A stretch of DNA of 64,000 nt from an uncultured Acidobacteriota bacterium (GTDB taxonomy: Bacteria > Acidobacteriota > Thermoanaerobaculia > Multivoradales > JAHEKO01). A program made the position numbers and the translations under genes. The notes under the pieces were generated by a model, which did no database searches, was not told the origin of the DNA, and worked only from the letters and a program-made list of their open reading frames with translations. Position 1 is the stretch's first letter, and each line of letters begins with the position of its first letter. The DNA lies in contig CAVQNG010000001.1 in assembly GCA_963713825.1 (NCBI GenBank), forward strand, positions 160,001 through 224,000. Reading direction: 5' to 3'. Below are positions 37,791 to 48,018 of the stretch, piece by piece.

Positions 37791-38356
37791 GGCTATTCGT
37801 CGGACTCGAGATACCGCGCCCAATTCGGCAGGCCATGCACGAGAGGACCGCACGACTGAGAGACTCCCTGCCCCAGGCAAGTTGGGTCGCTGCCGCCGAC
37901 TATCACTTGCTGTTAGCCTTTCTGGGAGACACGAGTGAGCCCGCCATGGGCAGCGTCCGAGCCGCGTTGTCTGCGGCATTCGGCTCGCACGAAGGCTTCG
38001 ACGTGCAGCTCGCTGGTGCTGGAGCCTCGCCACCCATGCGCCCAGCTCGGGTACTGTGGATCGGTGTTGAAGACAAGACAGGACTGGAACGTCTGCACCG
38101 AATCGTCTGGGAAAGCCTGAACAGGGTTGTCGACATCGAGGCCGACTGGAAGCCATTTCACGCCCATTCGACGGTGGCTCGATGCCCCCCCAAAGCCTGG
38201 ACCCGGCGCTGCGTCGAGGTCTGGTGCCGCTCCTGCTCGGGCCGAGTGGGAGACTCTTTCCCGGTTCGCCGAGGCGCCCTCTTCAGCTGTGAGTCCGGCA
38301 ACGGAGACCCGAGGTATCAGGTGATCGAGACCTATCCGATGAGGGGATTTCATTGA
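37787..38356 (+). CDS. thpR: RNA 2',3'-cyclic phosphodiesterase (2H family)
   Basis: MRLFVG, H-L-L-LAFLG (first HxT altered), ARVLW.G, F.AHST.AR; follows cinA. Confidence 0.85.
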   Translation: MRLFVGLEIPRPIRQAMHERTARLRDSLPQASWVAAADYHLLLAFLGDTSEPAMGSVRAALSAAFGSHEGFDVQLAGAGASPPMRPARVLWIGVEDKTGLERLHRIVWESLNRVVDIEADWKPFHAHSTVARCPPKAWTRRCVEVWCRSCSGRVGDSFPVRRGALFSCESGNGDPRYQVIETYPMRGFH

Positions 38357-38979
38357 CCTGGATCGGCCTGGTCGTCGGGGCCTACCTGCTGGGTTCCGTA
38401 CCCTTCGCTTATCTCGTGGTCCGAGGACTTTCGGGCGTGGACATCCGATCCATTGGCAGTGGCAACGTGGGCGCCACGAACGTCTTGCGGTCTGCAGGAA
38501 CTCCGGCAGCGGCTGCTGTACTGGTATTGGACATAGCCAAAGGTGCTGCTCCGGTGGTCCTCGGGCGAGCACTGGACGCCCCGCCTGCTGTCCTGGGCGC
38601 CTGCGCTTTGGCTGCGGTTCTGGGCCATGTCTTCCCGGTTTTTCTCGGTTTCCGCGGTGGCAAGGGCGTAGCGACAGCCGCAGGAGCGATCGGAGCGCTG
38701 AGCCCGGCGCCCATGCTGGCAGCTGTTCTGGTTTTCGGTGTGACGGTCGCATGGAAGCGGTACGTATCGCTGGGCTCGATGCTGGCGGTGGCGAGTTTCC
38801 CCCTTTTCGCTTATGTTTTTGGCAAGCTCGGGTGGATGGAGCCGATGCCGCGAGTCCTCCTGCTCGGAACCACCGTGGCAGCTGGACTGATCCTGATGCG
38901 CCATGCGGAGAATGTGCGACGCTTGGCGGTGGGCAGGGAGCATCGGTTGGGTGATCATCTGGAAGGAGATGGAGCGTGA
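38353..38979 (+). CDS. plsY: glycerol-3-phosphate acyltransferase PlsY
   Basis: YLLGSVP, GSGNVGATN, DIAKG, GHVFP..FRGGKGVAT, RH.EN..RL. Confidence 0.96.
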   Translation: MTWIGLVVGAYLLGSVPFAYLVVRGLSGVDIRSIGSGNVGATNVLRSAGTPAAAAVLVLDIAKGAAPVVLGRALDAPPAVLGACALAAVLGHVFPVFLGFRGGKGVATAAGAIGALSPAPMLAAVLVFGVTVAWKRYVSLGSMLAVASFPLFAYVFGKLGWMEPMPRVLLLGTTVAAGLILMRHAENVRRLAVGREHRLGDHLEGDGA

Positions 38980-39989
38980 CGCGAATAGCAGTCTTGGGAG
39001 CGGGATCCTGGGGCACGGCCCTGGCGGTACATGCGGCATCTGCTGGCTGTGATGTGCGACTTTGGGCACGGCGGCCCGACCTCGCCGCGGAGCTGGCGGC
39101 GAATCGAGAGAACCTGGTCTACCTTCCAGGAGTCGAGCTGGCGGCGAGTATCGAGCCCACGTCGAAGATGCAGGATCTGGCGGATTGCAGGATCTTTCTG
39201 GTCGTTGTCCCTTCCCACGGCTTTCGAACCGCTGTCCGTGGCCTATTGGATGTTCTCCCAGACAGGGACGAGATTCAGCTGGTCTCGGCCACCAAGGGCA
39301 TCGAGACCGAGACGACGGCTCGCATGAGCCAAGTAGCCAGTGAAGAGGCCGATGCCAAGGGCAGAGACCTGTGTTTCGCTACCCTGGCCGGACCGACATT
39401 CGCCGCGGAGCTGGCCGTCGGACAGCCGAGTGCCGGGGTCGTGGCCTCGAGCACTTCCGAGATCGCGGTAGAGCTGGGTGAGTTGCTGGCCACGCCGCGA
39501 TTCCGGCTCTACTCGACCGACGATGTCGTGGGAGTCGAGCTCGGCGGTGCCGGCAAGAATGTCATTGCCATTGCGGCCGGAGTCGTCAGCGGGCTGGGTC
39601 TGGGGCACAATACGCTGGCGGCGCTGATGACCCGAGGGCTGCACGAATTGACCCGTCTGGGAGTGGCATGCGGAGGACAGCGGCGAACCTTCTCGGGTCT
39701 GGCTGGAATGGGTGACCTGGTCTTGACCTGCACCGGTGGTTTGTCTCGAAATCGGCAGACCGGGATTCAACTGGCGGCTGGCAAGACGCTGCAGCAGATT
39801 CAGGAAGAAACGTCAATGGTGGCCGAGGGAATTCGCAACTCGTTGTCGATGACTCGACTGGCACGCAAGAGTGGCATCGAAATGCCCATCACCGAGCAGA
39901 TGATGAAGGTCATGTACGAAGGCAAGACGCCGCGCCAGGCCCTCGAAGATCTGATGACCCGTGAGCTCAAGGCCGAGGCCGAGCTCTGA
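38976..39989 (+). CDS. gpsA: NAD(P)H-dependent glycerol-3-phosphate dehydrogenase
   Basis: [39 protein letters not shown]. Confidence 0.96.
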   Translation: MTRIAVLGAGSWGTALAVHAASAGCDVRLWARRPDLAAELAANRENLVYLPGVELAASIEPTSKMQDLADCRIFLVVVPSHGFRTAVRGLLDVLPDRDEIQLVSATKGIETETTARMSQVASEEADAKGRDLCFATLAGPTFAAELAVGQPSAGVVASSTSEIAVELGELLATPRFRLYSTDDVVGVELGGAGKNVIAIAAGVVSGLGLGHNTLAALMTRGLHELTRLGVACGGQRRTFSGLAGMGDLVLTCTGGLSRNRQTGIQLAAGKTLQQIQEETSMVAEGIRNSLSMTRLARKSGIEMPITEQMMKVMYEGKTPRQALEDLMTRELKAEAEL

Positions 39990-40005
39990 CATCGAAAGGG
40001 AAACC

Positions 40006-41586
40006 ATGAGCGATGACCACGTGGCGGACTCTGCTCCGGCCAGGCTCGAGGGGCATCAAACGGTGCTCGTCCTGGATTTTGGAAGTCAGTACACGCAGCT
40101 GATTGCCCGCCGGGTGCGCGAGAACAGGGTCTATTGCGAGATCTTGCCGTTCGACACCTCGGTCGCAGAGATCGAAGAACGATCGCCAGTTGGCTTGATC
40201 CTCTCCGGCGGGCCACAGAGCGTCTATGAGCCAGGAGCGGTGCATCCTGATCCGAAGCTGTTCGATCTGGGTATTCCGACACTGGGTATCTGCTATGGAA
40301 TGCAGGTAATGGTGCACCAACTCGGAGGTGAGGTGGAGGCCTCCGACAGCCGCGAGTACGGCAGGGCCGAGGTCGATGTGGTCGATCCGGGCTTGTTATT
40401 CGAGGGTCTCGGCGAACGTGAGACCGTGTGGATGAGTCACGGTGATCGCATCGTTGCGTTGCCGGAGGGATTCCGGGTCTGCGCCTCGACGATCAATGCC
40501 CCGACGGTGGCACTCGAGAGCTCGACTCGCAAGATCTTCGGGATTCAGTTTCATCCCGAGGTGTCGCACACCGTGTCGGGAGGCGAGATCCTACGCAACT
40601 TCCTCTACGGCGCCTGCGGGGCGGTGGGCGATTGGGGTATGGCCTCCTATCTCGAAGAGGCGGTGGAGACGATCAGGAGACTGGTCGACGATGGCAGGGT
40701 GTTGTGCGCCCTGTCGGGAGGTGTCGACTCGTCGGTGGTTGCGATGCTCTTGCACAAGGCCCTCGGTGAACGGATGGTGGCGGTCTTTGTTGACAACGGT
40801 GTGTTGCGCAAGGGAGAAGGCCAGCAGGTGCTCCATAGCCTGCGCGATGGTCTTGGTCTGCCAGTTATCGGTGTGGATGCAAGCGAGCGATTTCTGGCGG
40901 CGCTCGAGGGTGTCGACGATCCGGAGGAGAAGCGGCGGATTATCGGTCGCGTCTTCATCGAGGTCTTCGAAGACGAGGCCTCGAAGCATGGCGACATCCA
41001 CTACCTGGCCCAGGGCACGCTCTATCCAGACGTCATCGAGTCGGTCTCGGTCAAGGGGCCGTCGGCGGTGATCAAGACTCACCACAATGTGGGCGGACTG
41101 CCTGAGCGACTCGGATTCGAGCTCGTCGAACCGCTCCGTCTCCTCTTCAAAGACGAGGTGCGACAGCTGGGTCGAGAGCTGGGTCTTCCAGAGGAGTTTG
41201 TCGGTCGACACCCTTTTCCAGGTCCCGGTCTGGCTGTGCGAATCCTCGGCGCAGTAACTGCGGATCGGGTAAGTCTCCTGCAGGAGGCTGATGCCATCTT
41301 TCTCCAGGAGCTACGGGAAGCTGGTTTGTACGACAAAGTGAGTCAGGCCTTTGCCGTTCTGTTGCCAGTCAAGAGTGTCGGCGTCATGGGCGACTATCGA
41401 ACCTATGAAAACGTCATCGCGATCCGCTCCGTGGATACGCAGGACTTCATGACCGCGGATTGGAGTCCCTTGCCTCACGAGCTGCTGGGAAGGGTAGCCA
41501 GCCGGGTGGTCAACGAGGTCGCTGGTGTCAACAGGGTGGTCTACGATGTCACCAGCAAGCCGCCTGGCACGATCGAATGGGAGTGA
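40006..41586 (+). CDS. guaA: GMP synthase (glutamine-hydrolysing)
   Basis: [51 protein letters not shown]. Confidence 0.98.
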   Translation: MSDDHVADSAPARLEGHQTVLVLDFGSQYTQLIARRVRENRVYCEILPFDTSVAEIEERSPVGLILSGGPQSVYEPGAVHPDPKLFDLGIPTLGICYGMQVMVHQLGGEVEASDSREYGRAEVDVVDPGLLFEGLGERETVWMSHGDRIVALPEGFRVCASTINAPTVALESSTRKIFGIQFHPEVSHTVSGGEILRNFLYGACGAVGDWGMASYLEEAVETIRRLVDDGRVLCALSGGVDSSVVAMLLHKALGERMVAVFVDNGVLRKGEGQQVLHSLRDGLGLPVIGVDASERFLAALEGVDDPEEKRRIIGRVFIEVFEDEASKHGDIHYLAQGTLYPDVIESVSVKGPSAVIKTHHNVGGLPERLGFELVEPLRLLFKDEVRQLGRELGLPEEFVGRHPFPGPGLAVRILGAVTADRVSLLQEADAIFLQELREAGLYDKVSQAFAVLLPVKSVGVMGDYRTYENVIAIRSVDTQDFMTADWSPLPHELLGRVASRVVNEVAGVNRVVYDVTSKPPGTIEWE

Positions 41587-41837
41587 GTCCGCAGTTTCAG
41601 TTGCTCTCCAGGCCGCGTTGTCATCTCTGTCATGAGATGGAGACTCTCCTGCGCGAGGTACTGCCCGAGCTGGGACTTGAATTTTCCGTCCACGACGTGG
41701 ACTCCGATCCAGAGTGGCGGCGCCGATTCAGCGGCGTGATTCCCGTGCTCCTCCGGGACGGACAACCGGTAGCCAAGGTTCGCCTCGATCGTCGGCAGCT
41801 GATTCGGCTGGCAAAGCGCCGGCGCCGGACAACGTGA
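41583..41837 (+). CDS. glutaredoxin-like protein (DUF836)
   Basis: [11 protein letters not shown] (CxxC), DVDSD, IPVL; GTG overlaps the guaA stop. Confidence 0.85.
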   Translation: MSPQFQLLSRPRCHLCHEMETLLREVLPELGLEFSVHDVDSDPEWRRRFSGVIPVLLRDGQPVAKVRLDRRQLIRLAKRRRRTT

Positions 41838-41861
41838 GTCGCAGCCGCAGGAGAGGGTTCG

Positions 41862-42908
41862 TCAGCCCTCGTCCAGAATCAGGGGAGCCAGGCGCTCGGG
41901 ATTCTTCTTGAGGTACTTGGCCAGGCGCGAGGTCAGCGAAGCTTGCAGGCGCTGAGGACTCGCTCCACCGTTCTTGGGCAGCGGCATCCAACCACCAGCC
42001 ATCATGCCGTGACCGCCGCCCTTGCCGCGCTTGCCCAACAAGCGGCGCATCAGCCGGCCGGCGTCAGCGCGCGGATTGGTCGTACGAATCGACAGGTAGA
42101 GTCGGTCATCGAAGACTCCGGTGGAAAAAGACCAGGTTTTGCCTTGGAGGCGTAGAAGGAGGTCGGCGATCTCGGGAACGATGTCCGGTTGGGCGACCTC
42201 TCCGACGTGACTCACGACCAGCGTCTCGACCGACTCGACGTGCTCGAGCGCCTCGTGAAGGGTTCGATAGTAGCTCTCGGGAAGTGGGGGAGACTGAATC
42301 CTGGCCAGGGCTCGCAGATCGGCCGACGAATGCAGCCCATCGTAGACGGTCTTGTCGGCGCGGACATATTGGCGTCCGAAGTCCTGGGTCTCGGTGCGAA
42401 TCGCATAGACGAAGGCCGTGGCGTCTCGCTTGCTGATCTCCATGTCGGCCGCCAGCAGATACTCAGCGAGGATCGTGGCGGTGGCTCCGTATTCGGGCCG
42501 GAGATCGACGAAGGGGCTCTGCTGGGTGGCGCGACGGAGCGGGTGATGGTCGAACACCAGGTCTGGCGTGACTTCGTCGGGAAGCTGGTTGTTGCCGGTC
42601 TGGGGTTGCGAGTCGACGAGAGCGAAATGTCGGTAGTGCTTCCAGTTCAGATGGCGGAGGTGACTCAGTCGGATGCCCAGCACCTTGACCATCTGCTGGT
42701 TCTCGGCCCTGCCGATGATGCCGGTGTAGGCCGTGGTCACACGCCTTTTGAAGACCCGGCGCAGTAACTTGCTCAGGCCGGCCGCTGCGGCGATCGAGTC
42801 TGGATCGGGATTGTCGTGCATCAGGACGAGCCAACGACCGGTGCTCGTTCCTTTCTCGACGTAGTCGGCAAGCTCCGCCAGCTTGCGGCGCGTCAGATCA
42901 GTGATCAT
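41862..42908 (-). CDS. DHH/DHHA1 family phosphoesterase (NrnA/oligoribonuclease-like)
   Basis: HDNPDPDSIA, LVD, FDHH, GATATI, SIRT, GGGH..MAGG. Confidence 0.9.
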   Translation of the reverse strand: MITDLTRRKLAELADYVEKGTSTGRWLVLMHDNPDPDSIAAAAGLSKLLRRVFKRRVTTAYTGIIGRAENQQMVKVLGIRLSHLRHLNWKHYRHFALVDSQPQTGNNQLPDEVTPDLVFDHHPLRRATQQSPFVDLRPEYGATATILAEYLLAADMEISKRDATAFVYAIRTETQDFGRQYVRADKTVYDGLHSSADLRALARIQSPPLPESYYRTLHEALEHVESVETLVVSHVGEVAQPDIVPEIADLLLRLQGKTWSFSTGVFDDRLYLSIRTTNPRADAGRLMRRLLGKRGKGGGHGMMAGGWMPLPKNGGASPQRLQASLTSRLAKYLKKNPERLAPLILDEG

Positions 42909-42948
42909 CGGGCTTTGAATTCTATCGCAGGGCCGAACATGAGTAGCA

Positions 42949-44355
42949 TTACTCGTCGGCGAAGATCTTGCCGGGGTTGAGGATGCCAGCCGGGTCGAAG
43001 GCACTCTTGAGAGCGCGCATCACCTCGATCGATCCTGGTGGGGCAGCCAGCGGGAGATAGCGACGCTGGCTCCAGCCAATGCCATGCTCTCCTGTTACGG
43101 ATCCGCCGACGCTGGTTACCCACTCGAAGAGCTCGGCTTCGGCGGCATCCCGATTCCGCTTCCAGGTTGCTGCCGCGAGGTCGCCGCGCATAAGGTTGAC
43201 GTGCAGGTTGCCGTCACCCGCGTGACCGTAGCAAACAGCTTCAAGCTGTCTGTCTTTGGCCACACGCCTTGCCTTCTCTACGAGGTTTGCCAGCTCGGAT
43301 CGCGGTACGACGGTGTCGGCCTCCTTGTATACGGAGTACTCGCGCACCGCGATGGCGATCTTCTCTCGAATCTCCCAAAGTCGGCGCTGATCGCTGGATT
43401 CTTGAGCGATGATCACCTCGACCTGCTCCTGCTCGTCGAAGATGTCGGAGGCCTTTGCAGCGCGTTCGAGCAAGGCGTCGGAATCGTCTCCATCCAACTC
43501 GAGGAGCAGTAGAGCGGCGGCGTTTGCCAGCTGGTCGGGAATGGGGGTCAGCCTCGCGACCAGCTCGAGGGCTCGAGCTTCCATCAGTTCACAAGCGGCG
43601 GGGTCGACGCCCGCGACGAACAACCGGCTGACAGCTCTTGCCGCGGCCTGTAGAGAAGAGAAGGGGGCGGCGAGAGTCAATCGGAGCCGGGGCATGTTGG
43701 TCAGCTTCAGTAGAGCCGCTGTCACCACGGCCAGAGTCCCCTCGGAACCGATCAGGAGCTGTGTCAGGTTGTATCCGGCGGCGTTCTTTCTCGTTGCGCT
43801 GCCAGTGCGGATGACCGTGCCGTTGGATAGCACGGCCTCGAGGCCGAGAACCCAATTCCGGGTCGTGCCGTATTTGCAGGACCGCGGCCCGGCGGCATCC
43901 TCGGCGATGTTTCCACCGAGCTGGCAGCTGTCATGGCTGGCGGGGTCGGGTGGATAGAACAAGCCGAGGTCTTCGACGGCGCGCTGCAAATCAGCTGTGA
44001 TGAGACCGGCCTCGGCCTCGACCGTGAGATTGACTTCGTCGATGAAGCGGATTCGATTCAGGCGCTCCAAGGAGAGACTGAGTCCACCGTACACAGGCAG
44101 GGCACCGCCGGATAGCCCTGTGCCTCCGCCGCGGGGAGTGACGGCAAACCGCGCCTCTCCAGCGAGCCCAAGAACTGCTGCAACCTGTTCTTTCGTCTCT
44201 GGGAGGGCGATGGCCTCTGGCCGGAACTCGACATCTTCAGTTTCGTCGACTCCATAGGCGCTCAACGCGACAGGGTCGGTGAGGACTCCGTTGTCTCCCA
44301 GAAGCTCTCTCAGGCGGCTCAGGGAGTCTGGGGTCAGCGGCTCGAATTGGGTCAT
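42949..44355 (-). CDS. FAD-linked oxidase, GlcD/D-lactate dehydrogenase family
   Basis: PRGGGTGLSGG, YPPDPAS, KYGTTR, GSEGTL, GHAGDGNLH, GEHGIG, LNPGK; start uncertain. Confidence 0.92.
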   Translation of the reverse strand: MTQFEPLTPDSLSRLRELLGDNGVLTDPVALSAYGVDETEDVEFRPEAIALPETKEQVAAVLGLAGEARFAVTPRGGGTGLSGGALPVYGGLSLSLERLNRIRFIDEVNLTVEAEAGLITADLQRAVEDLGLFYPPDPASHDSCQLGGNIAEDAAGPRSCKYGTTRNWVLGLEAVLSNGTVIRTGSATRKNAAGYNLTQLLIGSEGTLAVVTAALLKLTNMPRLRLTLAAPFSSLQAAARAVSRLFVAGVDPAACELMEARALELVARLTPIPDQLANAAALLLLELDGDDSDALLERAAKASDIFDEQEQVEVIIAQESSDQRRLWEIREKIAIAVREYSVYKEADTVVPRSELANLVEKARRVAKDRQLEAVCYGHAGDGNLHVNLMRGDLAAATWKRNRDAAEAELFEWVTSVGGSVTGEHGIGWSQRRYLPLAAPPGSIEVMRALKSAFDPAGILNPGKIFADE

Positions 44356-44555
44356 TGTCGAATCGGTATCGTGAATTGGACGTATCGCCAAACCGGGCTC
44401 CATTACCAACCGTGTATTGTAAGACGATCGTGCCGGCAAGCCGAGCCAACGAGATTCGGGACCGAATCGCTGCGATTCGATACATGGACTACCACTGGAG
44501 CCTGAACGACCGCCACCGGGTGGAATAGCTCGACTCGCCGGCCTCGATTCGGCGG

Positions 44556-46016
44556 TCAAAGCAAGTGGGAGGCGAGCAGCGAAGCCAGTCCCAAGAAAGA
44601 CAGGAAGCCGGTGATGTCGGCAATTGCGACGACAAGAACCGAGCTGCCCAATGCCGGGTCGAGATTGAGGCGTCGGAGCATGAGCGGTATGAGCGCTCCG
44701 ACCGTCGAGGCGATGAGAAGGCTTGTGGTGGAGGCCACGAGCAGGACCCCACTGAGGACCAGGTTCCGCTCCCAGAGCAACGCGGCCAGAGCGAGAATCG
44801 AGCCCACGATGACACCGTTGACAAGACCTACGCTGGCTTGGCGGCCGATCACCCGCCAGGTGCGCCGTAAGTCCATCTCACCGGTGGCCAGGCTTCCGAG
44901 CAGCACCGTCAGGGTCTGTTGGCCAGCCAGGGCGCTGGTCGCTGCGACCGGATGCATGAAGGCAGCCAGAATCACATACTTGGCGAGGACGACCTGAAAC
45001 TGTCCGATCACGCCGGCCGCGACGAGTGCGCCGGCCAGGCCCGCAAGGAGCCAGGGCAGGCGAAACCGCAGGATTCGAGCCAGTGGCGTCGCGAGTGTCT
45101 CTTGGACCGACAGGCCCCCCAGCCGGTACAGGTCCGCAGACGCTTCTTCCTCTAGAACATCGAAAACATCATCGACCGTAATGACACCGGCCAGTTTCCC
45201 GTCGAGATCGAGAACCGGCATCATTGGGAGGTCATAGCGCACGAACATACGGGCCACATCCTCCTGCGGCGCATCGACCTGTACCGATATGAGGTCCCGG
45301 CTCATGATGTCGCTGAGCCGACTCTCAGCCGTAGCGCTGAGCAGCTGCCAGAGCTTCACCAGACCGATCAAGTGTCCCCGATCGTCCGTCACATAGAGAT
45401 AGAACAGACGCCTCGACTGGGCCAGGCTGCGAATGCCCTCGAGCGTGCTAGCCAAGCTCTCGTCGCCACGGAAGAAGACCACATCGGGGTCCATGATTCC
45501 CCCGGCAGTGGTCGCACCGTAGAGCATGAGGTTGTTCAGATGGGTGGCCAGAGCCGGCTCCAGAGAGTCGAGCAGTGTCTTGCCTCGTTCTGGATCCAAC
45601 TGGTCCAGCAGGTCGACAGCATCATCGGCTGGCAGTCTGCCTACGATCACCGCTAGTCGATCATCTGGGAACTCGTCGAGGACCTGCAACAGGGTCTGGG
45701 GGTCCATTTCGCTGAGAGTCGGAGCGGCCAGACGGAGCTCGAACAAGACCTCGAGCAGGCTGTCCTGCTCATGCGGCTTCAAGAGCGGGAACAGAGGCGC
45801 GATGTCAGCCGGGTGGACGCGGGCGAGGGCGCGCCGGAGCTGTCTCTTCGACGGCGACCGAATGAGGCGCAGGATCAACTTCTGCCTCTGTCCATGAGCC
45901 AGATTGTCGAGATAGGTGCGCTGCTTTGCCGCCATCGAGGGAATGTTACGATAAAGCACCTCGCGGCGGCCCCTTGGCCCCGGAGACGGAGCGACAGCCT
46001 GGGCAAAATCGGTCAT
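44556..46016 (-). CDS. mgtE: magnesium transporter MgtE (divergent pore)
   Basis: HPADIA N-domain, CBS pair (GVITVDD), RLPWL, DPAL..IADITG with the pore Asp; start uncertain. Confidence 0.88.
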   Translation of the reverse strand: MTDFAQAVAPSPGPRGRREVLYRNIPSMAAKQRTYLDNLAHGQRQKLILRLIRSPSKRQLRRALARVHPADIAPLFPLLKPHEQDSLLEVLFELRLAAPTLSEMDPQTLLQVLDEFPDDRLAVIVGRLPADDAVDLLDQLDPERGKTLLDSLEPALATHLNNLMLYGATTAGGIMDPDVVFFRGDESLASTLEGIRSLAQSRRLFYLYVTDDRGHLIGLVKLWQLLSATAESRLSDIMSRDLISVQVDAPQEDVARMFVRYDLPMMPVLDLDGKLAGVITVDDVFDVLEEEASADLYRLGGLSVQETLATPLARILRFRLPWLLAGLAGALVAAGVIGQFQVVLAKYVILAAFMHPVAATSALAGQQTLTVLLGSLATGEMDLRRTWRVIGRQASVGLVNGVIVGSILALAALLWERNLVLSGVLLVASTTSLLIASTVGALIPLMLRRLNLDPALGSSVLVVAIADITGFLSFLGLASLLASHLL

Positions 46017-46048
46017 AACTCACCTGCACAGATAGGTCATCGGGATCC

Positions 46049-46879
46049 ATGATTCAAGAGCTCATTCGTATCGGACCGATCTCGATCAGTCCCTTCGGGA
46101 TCCTGTTGGCGGCGGCTTTCCTGGCGGCGATGATGCAGCTTCGGTGGGGACTGAAGTACCTTGGAGCCGGGGATGCCGAGGACGCCGGAGCGATTCTGGT
46201 CGCGGCCGTTCTGGGTGGAATTCTGGGTGCCAAGATCTACTATGCGATGCTGTACCGGGATTGGCGCCTCATCTTCGACCGCGCCGGGCTGGTTTGGTAC
46301 GGGGGATTCATCTTGGGCGCCCTTGCCGTGCTCTGGGTGGCTCGCCGTCGCCAGCTGGATTCCTGGTCGTTGGCTGACGCGGCGGCTCCTGCCCTGGCCC
46401 TGGGCTATGCGGTCGGTCGGATCGGCTGCTTCCTCGTCGGTGATGATTTTGGAATGCCGACCCGTCTTCCCTGGGGTGTGAAGTTTCCGGCTGGCGTTCC
46501 GGCGCCAACGACCGCTGGCTTGATGCGTTACGAGTACGGCGCCGAGATTCCACCCGAGATCCCCGACACCGAGTTGATTGCTGTTCATCCGACGCAGCTC
46601 TACGAGACCCTCGGCGCTGGCACGATATGGCTGATCGGAGTCTGGATGTTGCGGCGGGGTGCCCGGCGCGGATCGACGACGATCGTAGTTGTCTCGCTGC
46701 TCGCCGTGGAGCGCTTTCTGGTGGAATTTCTGCGGGCCAAGGACGACCGATTCGTGGGGTCGCTGACTCTGGCGCAGGTCTTGAGCCTCGTGGTGCTGGC
46801 CATCATGGGCCTGCTGTGGATGAAGATGCTGCCGTCGAACAATCGTGCGAAGCGGGATGAGGACAAAGCGCGTGCATGA
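46049..46879 (+). CDS. lgt: prolipoprotein diacylglyceryl transferase
   Basis: GLVWYGG, GRIGCFL.GDDFG, LPWG, HPTQLYE, RF.VEFLR. Confidence 0.92.
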   Translation: MIQELIRIGPISISPFGILLAAAFLAAMMQLRWGLKYLGAGDAEDAGAILVAAVLGGILGAKIYYAMLYRDWRLIFDRAGLVWYGGFILGALAVLWVARRRQLDSWSLADAAAPALALGYAVGRIGCFLVGDDFGMPTRLPWGVKFPAGVPAPTTAGLMRYEYGAEIPPEIPDTELIAVHPTQLYETLGAGTIWLIGVWMLRRGARRGSTTIVVVSLLAVERFLVEFLRAKDDRFVGSLTLAQVLSLVVLAIMGLLWMKMLPSNNRAKRDEDKARA

Positions 46880-47879
46880 GTCTCGAGCCGATGCGGCCGT
46901 ATTGGATCTGGTGGTCGTCGGAGCAGGACCGACTGGAATCGCCATCGGAGCCGAAGCGAGAAAGGCTGGCATGGACTTTCTGCTCATCGACCGGGGTCCC
47001 CTGGTAGCCAATCTGCTGGCCTTCCCGACCTTCATGAGGTTCTTTACGACCCGGGACCTGTTGGAGGTGGGTGGAATTCCCTTTGCCGTCCCTGAGGACA
47101 AGCCGGATCGGCGGCAGGCGATCGCCTACTACCAGTCGGTAGCGCGTGCCTTCGAGCTGCCGCTGGCTGTACACGAGGAGGTCACCGAGATTCGTCGCGA
47201 GGCGGGGCTCTTCCGCCTCGGGAGCCGATCCGAGGACGGGGAGCTGGCGCGCCGTACGAAGGCAGTAGCGCTGGCCACCGGGTACTTCCACAACCCCCGT
47301 CGACTGGGCGTCGAAGGTGAGGAGCAGCCGTGGGTGAGCTACAGGTACTTCGAGCCGTATGCCCACTTTGGCAGAGACGTGGTCGTAGTCGGAGGGGGCA
47401 ACTCGGCCGCTGAGACGGCTCTCGAGTTGTGGCGCAACGGCGTCAAGGTGACGCTGGTGCACAGGGGTGAAACCCTGAAGCCGTCGATCAAGTATTGGCT
47501 CAGGCCCGATGCGGAGAATCGCATCGATGAGGGCTCGATCGAGGCGCACTTCTCGTCCACGGTGGTTGGCTTTGGAGACCACGAGGTCGAGATCGAGAGC
47601 CCGGAGGGCAGGAAGCGCCTACCGGCGGATGCGGCCTACGTTCTTATCGGCTACACACCCGAGGTGGAGCTGATGCGTCGGTCGGGCGTCGAGTTGGATG
47701 ACGAGACTCTCGTCCCTGAGTTCGACGATGACTCGTGCCAGTCGAACGTCCCAGGCCTCTACCTGGCTGGAACGCTGCAAGCAGGGCGTCGCACGGACAA
47801 GATTTTCATCGAGAACTCGCGCGAGCACGGCGCGAAAATCGTGTCTCACCTCAGGAACCGGCTGCAGACAGAGGCCTGA
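46872..47879 (+). CDS. ypdA: YpdA family putative bacillithiol disulfide reductase (Bdr)
   Basis: GAGP.G, FPT.M.FF.T..LLE.G, KP.R..A..YY, ATGYF..P, Y..EP, GG.NSA, W..PD.ENR, FIENSR.H; no CxxC. Confidence 0.85.
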   Translation: MHESRADAAVLDLVVVGAGPTGIAIGAEARKAGMDFLLIDRGPLVANLLAFPTFMRFFTTRDLLEVGGIPFAVPEDKPDRRQAIAYYQSVARAFELPLAVHEEVTEIRREAGLFRLGSRSEDGELARRTKAVALATGYFHNPRRLGVEGEEQPWVSYRYFEPYAHFGRDVVVVGGGNSAAETALELWRNGVKVTLVHRGETLKPSIKYWLRPDAENRIDEGSIEAHFSSTVVGFGDHEVEIESPEGRKRLPADAAYVLIGYTPEVELMRRSGVELDDETLVPEFDDDSCQSNVPGLYLAGTLQAGRRTDKIFIENSREHGAKIVSHLRNRLQTEA

Positions 47880-48018
47880 AGATCTCGAGGGGGCGCGCCA
47901 CGGAGGCACGCGTCTTGCGTAGAGAATGTAAGGAGCGCCTCCCTTCTGGCGCATTAGCCTAATTCACGGCACGCTTTGAACCCCGGAAGATGTCATGCGG
48001 TGTCTATTCGAGAGGACG

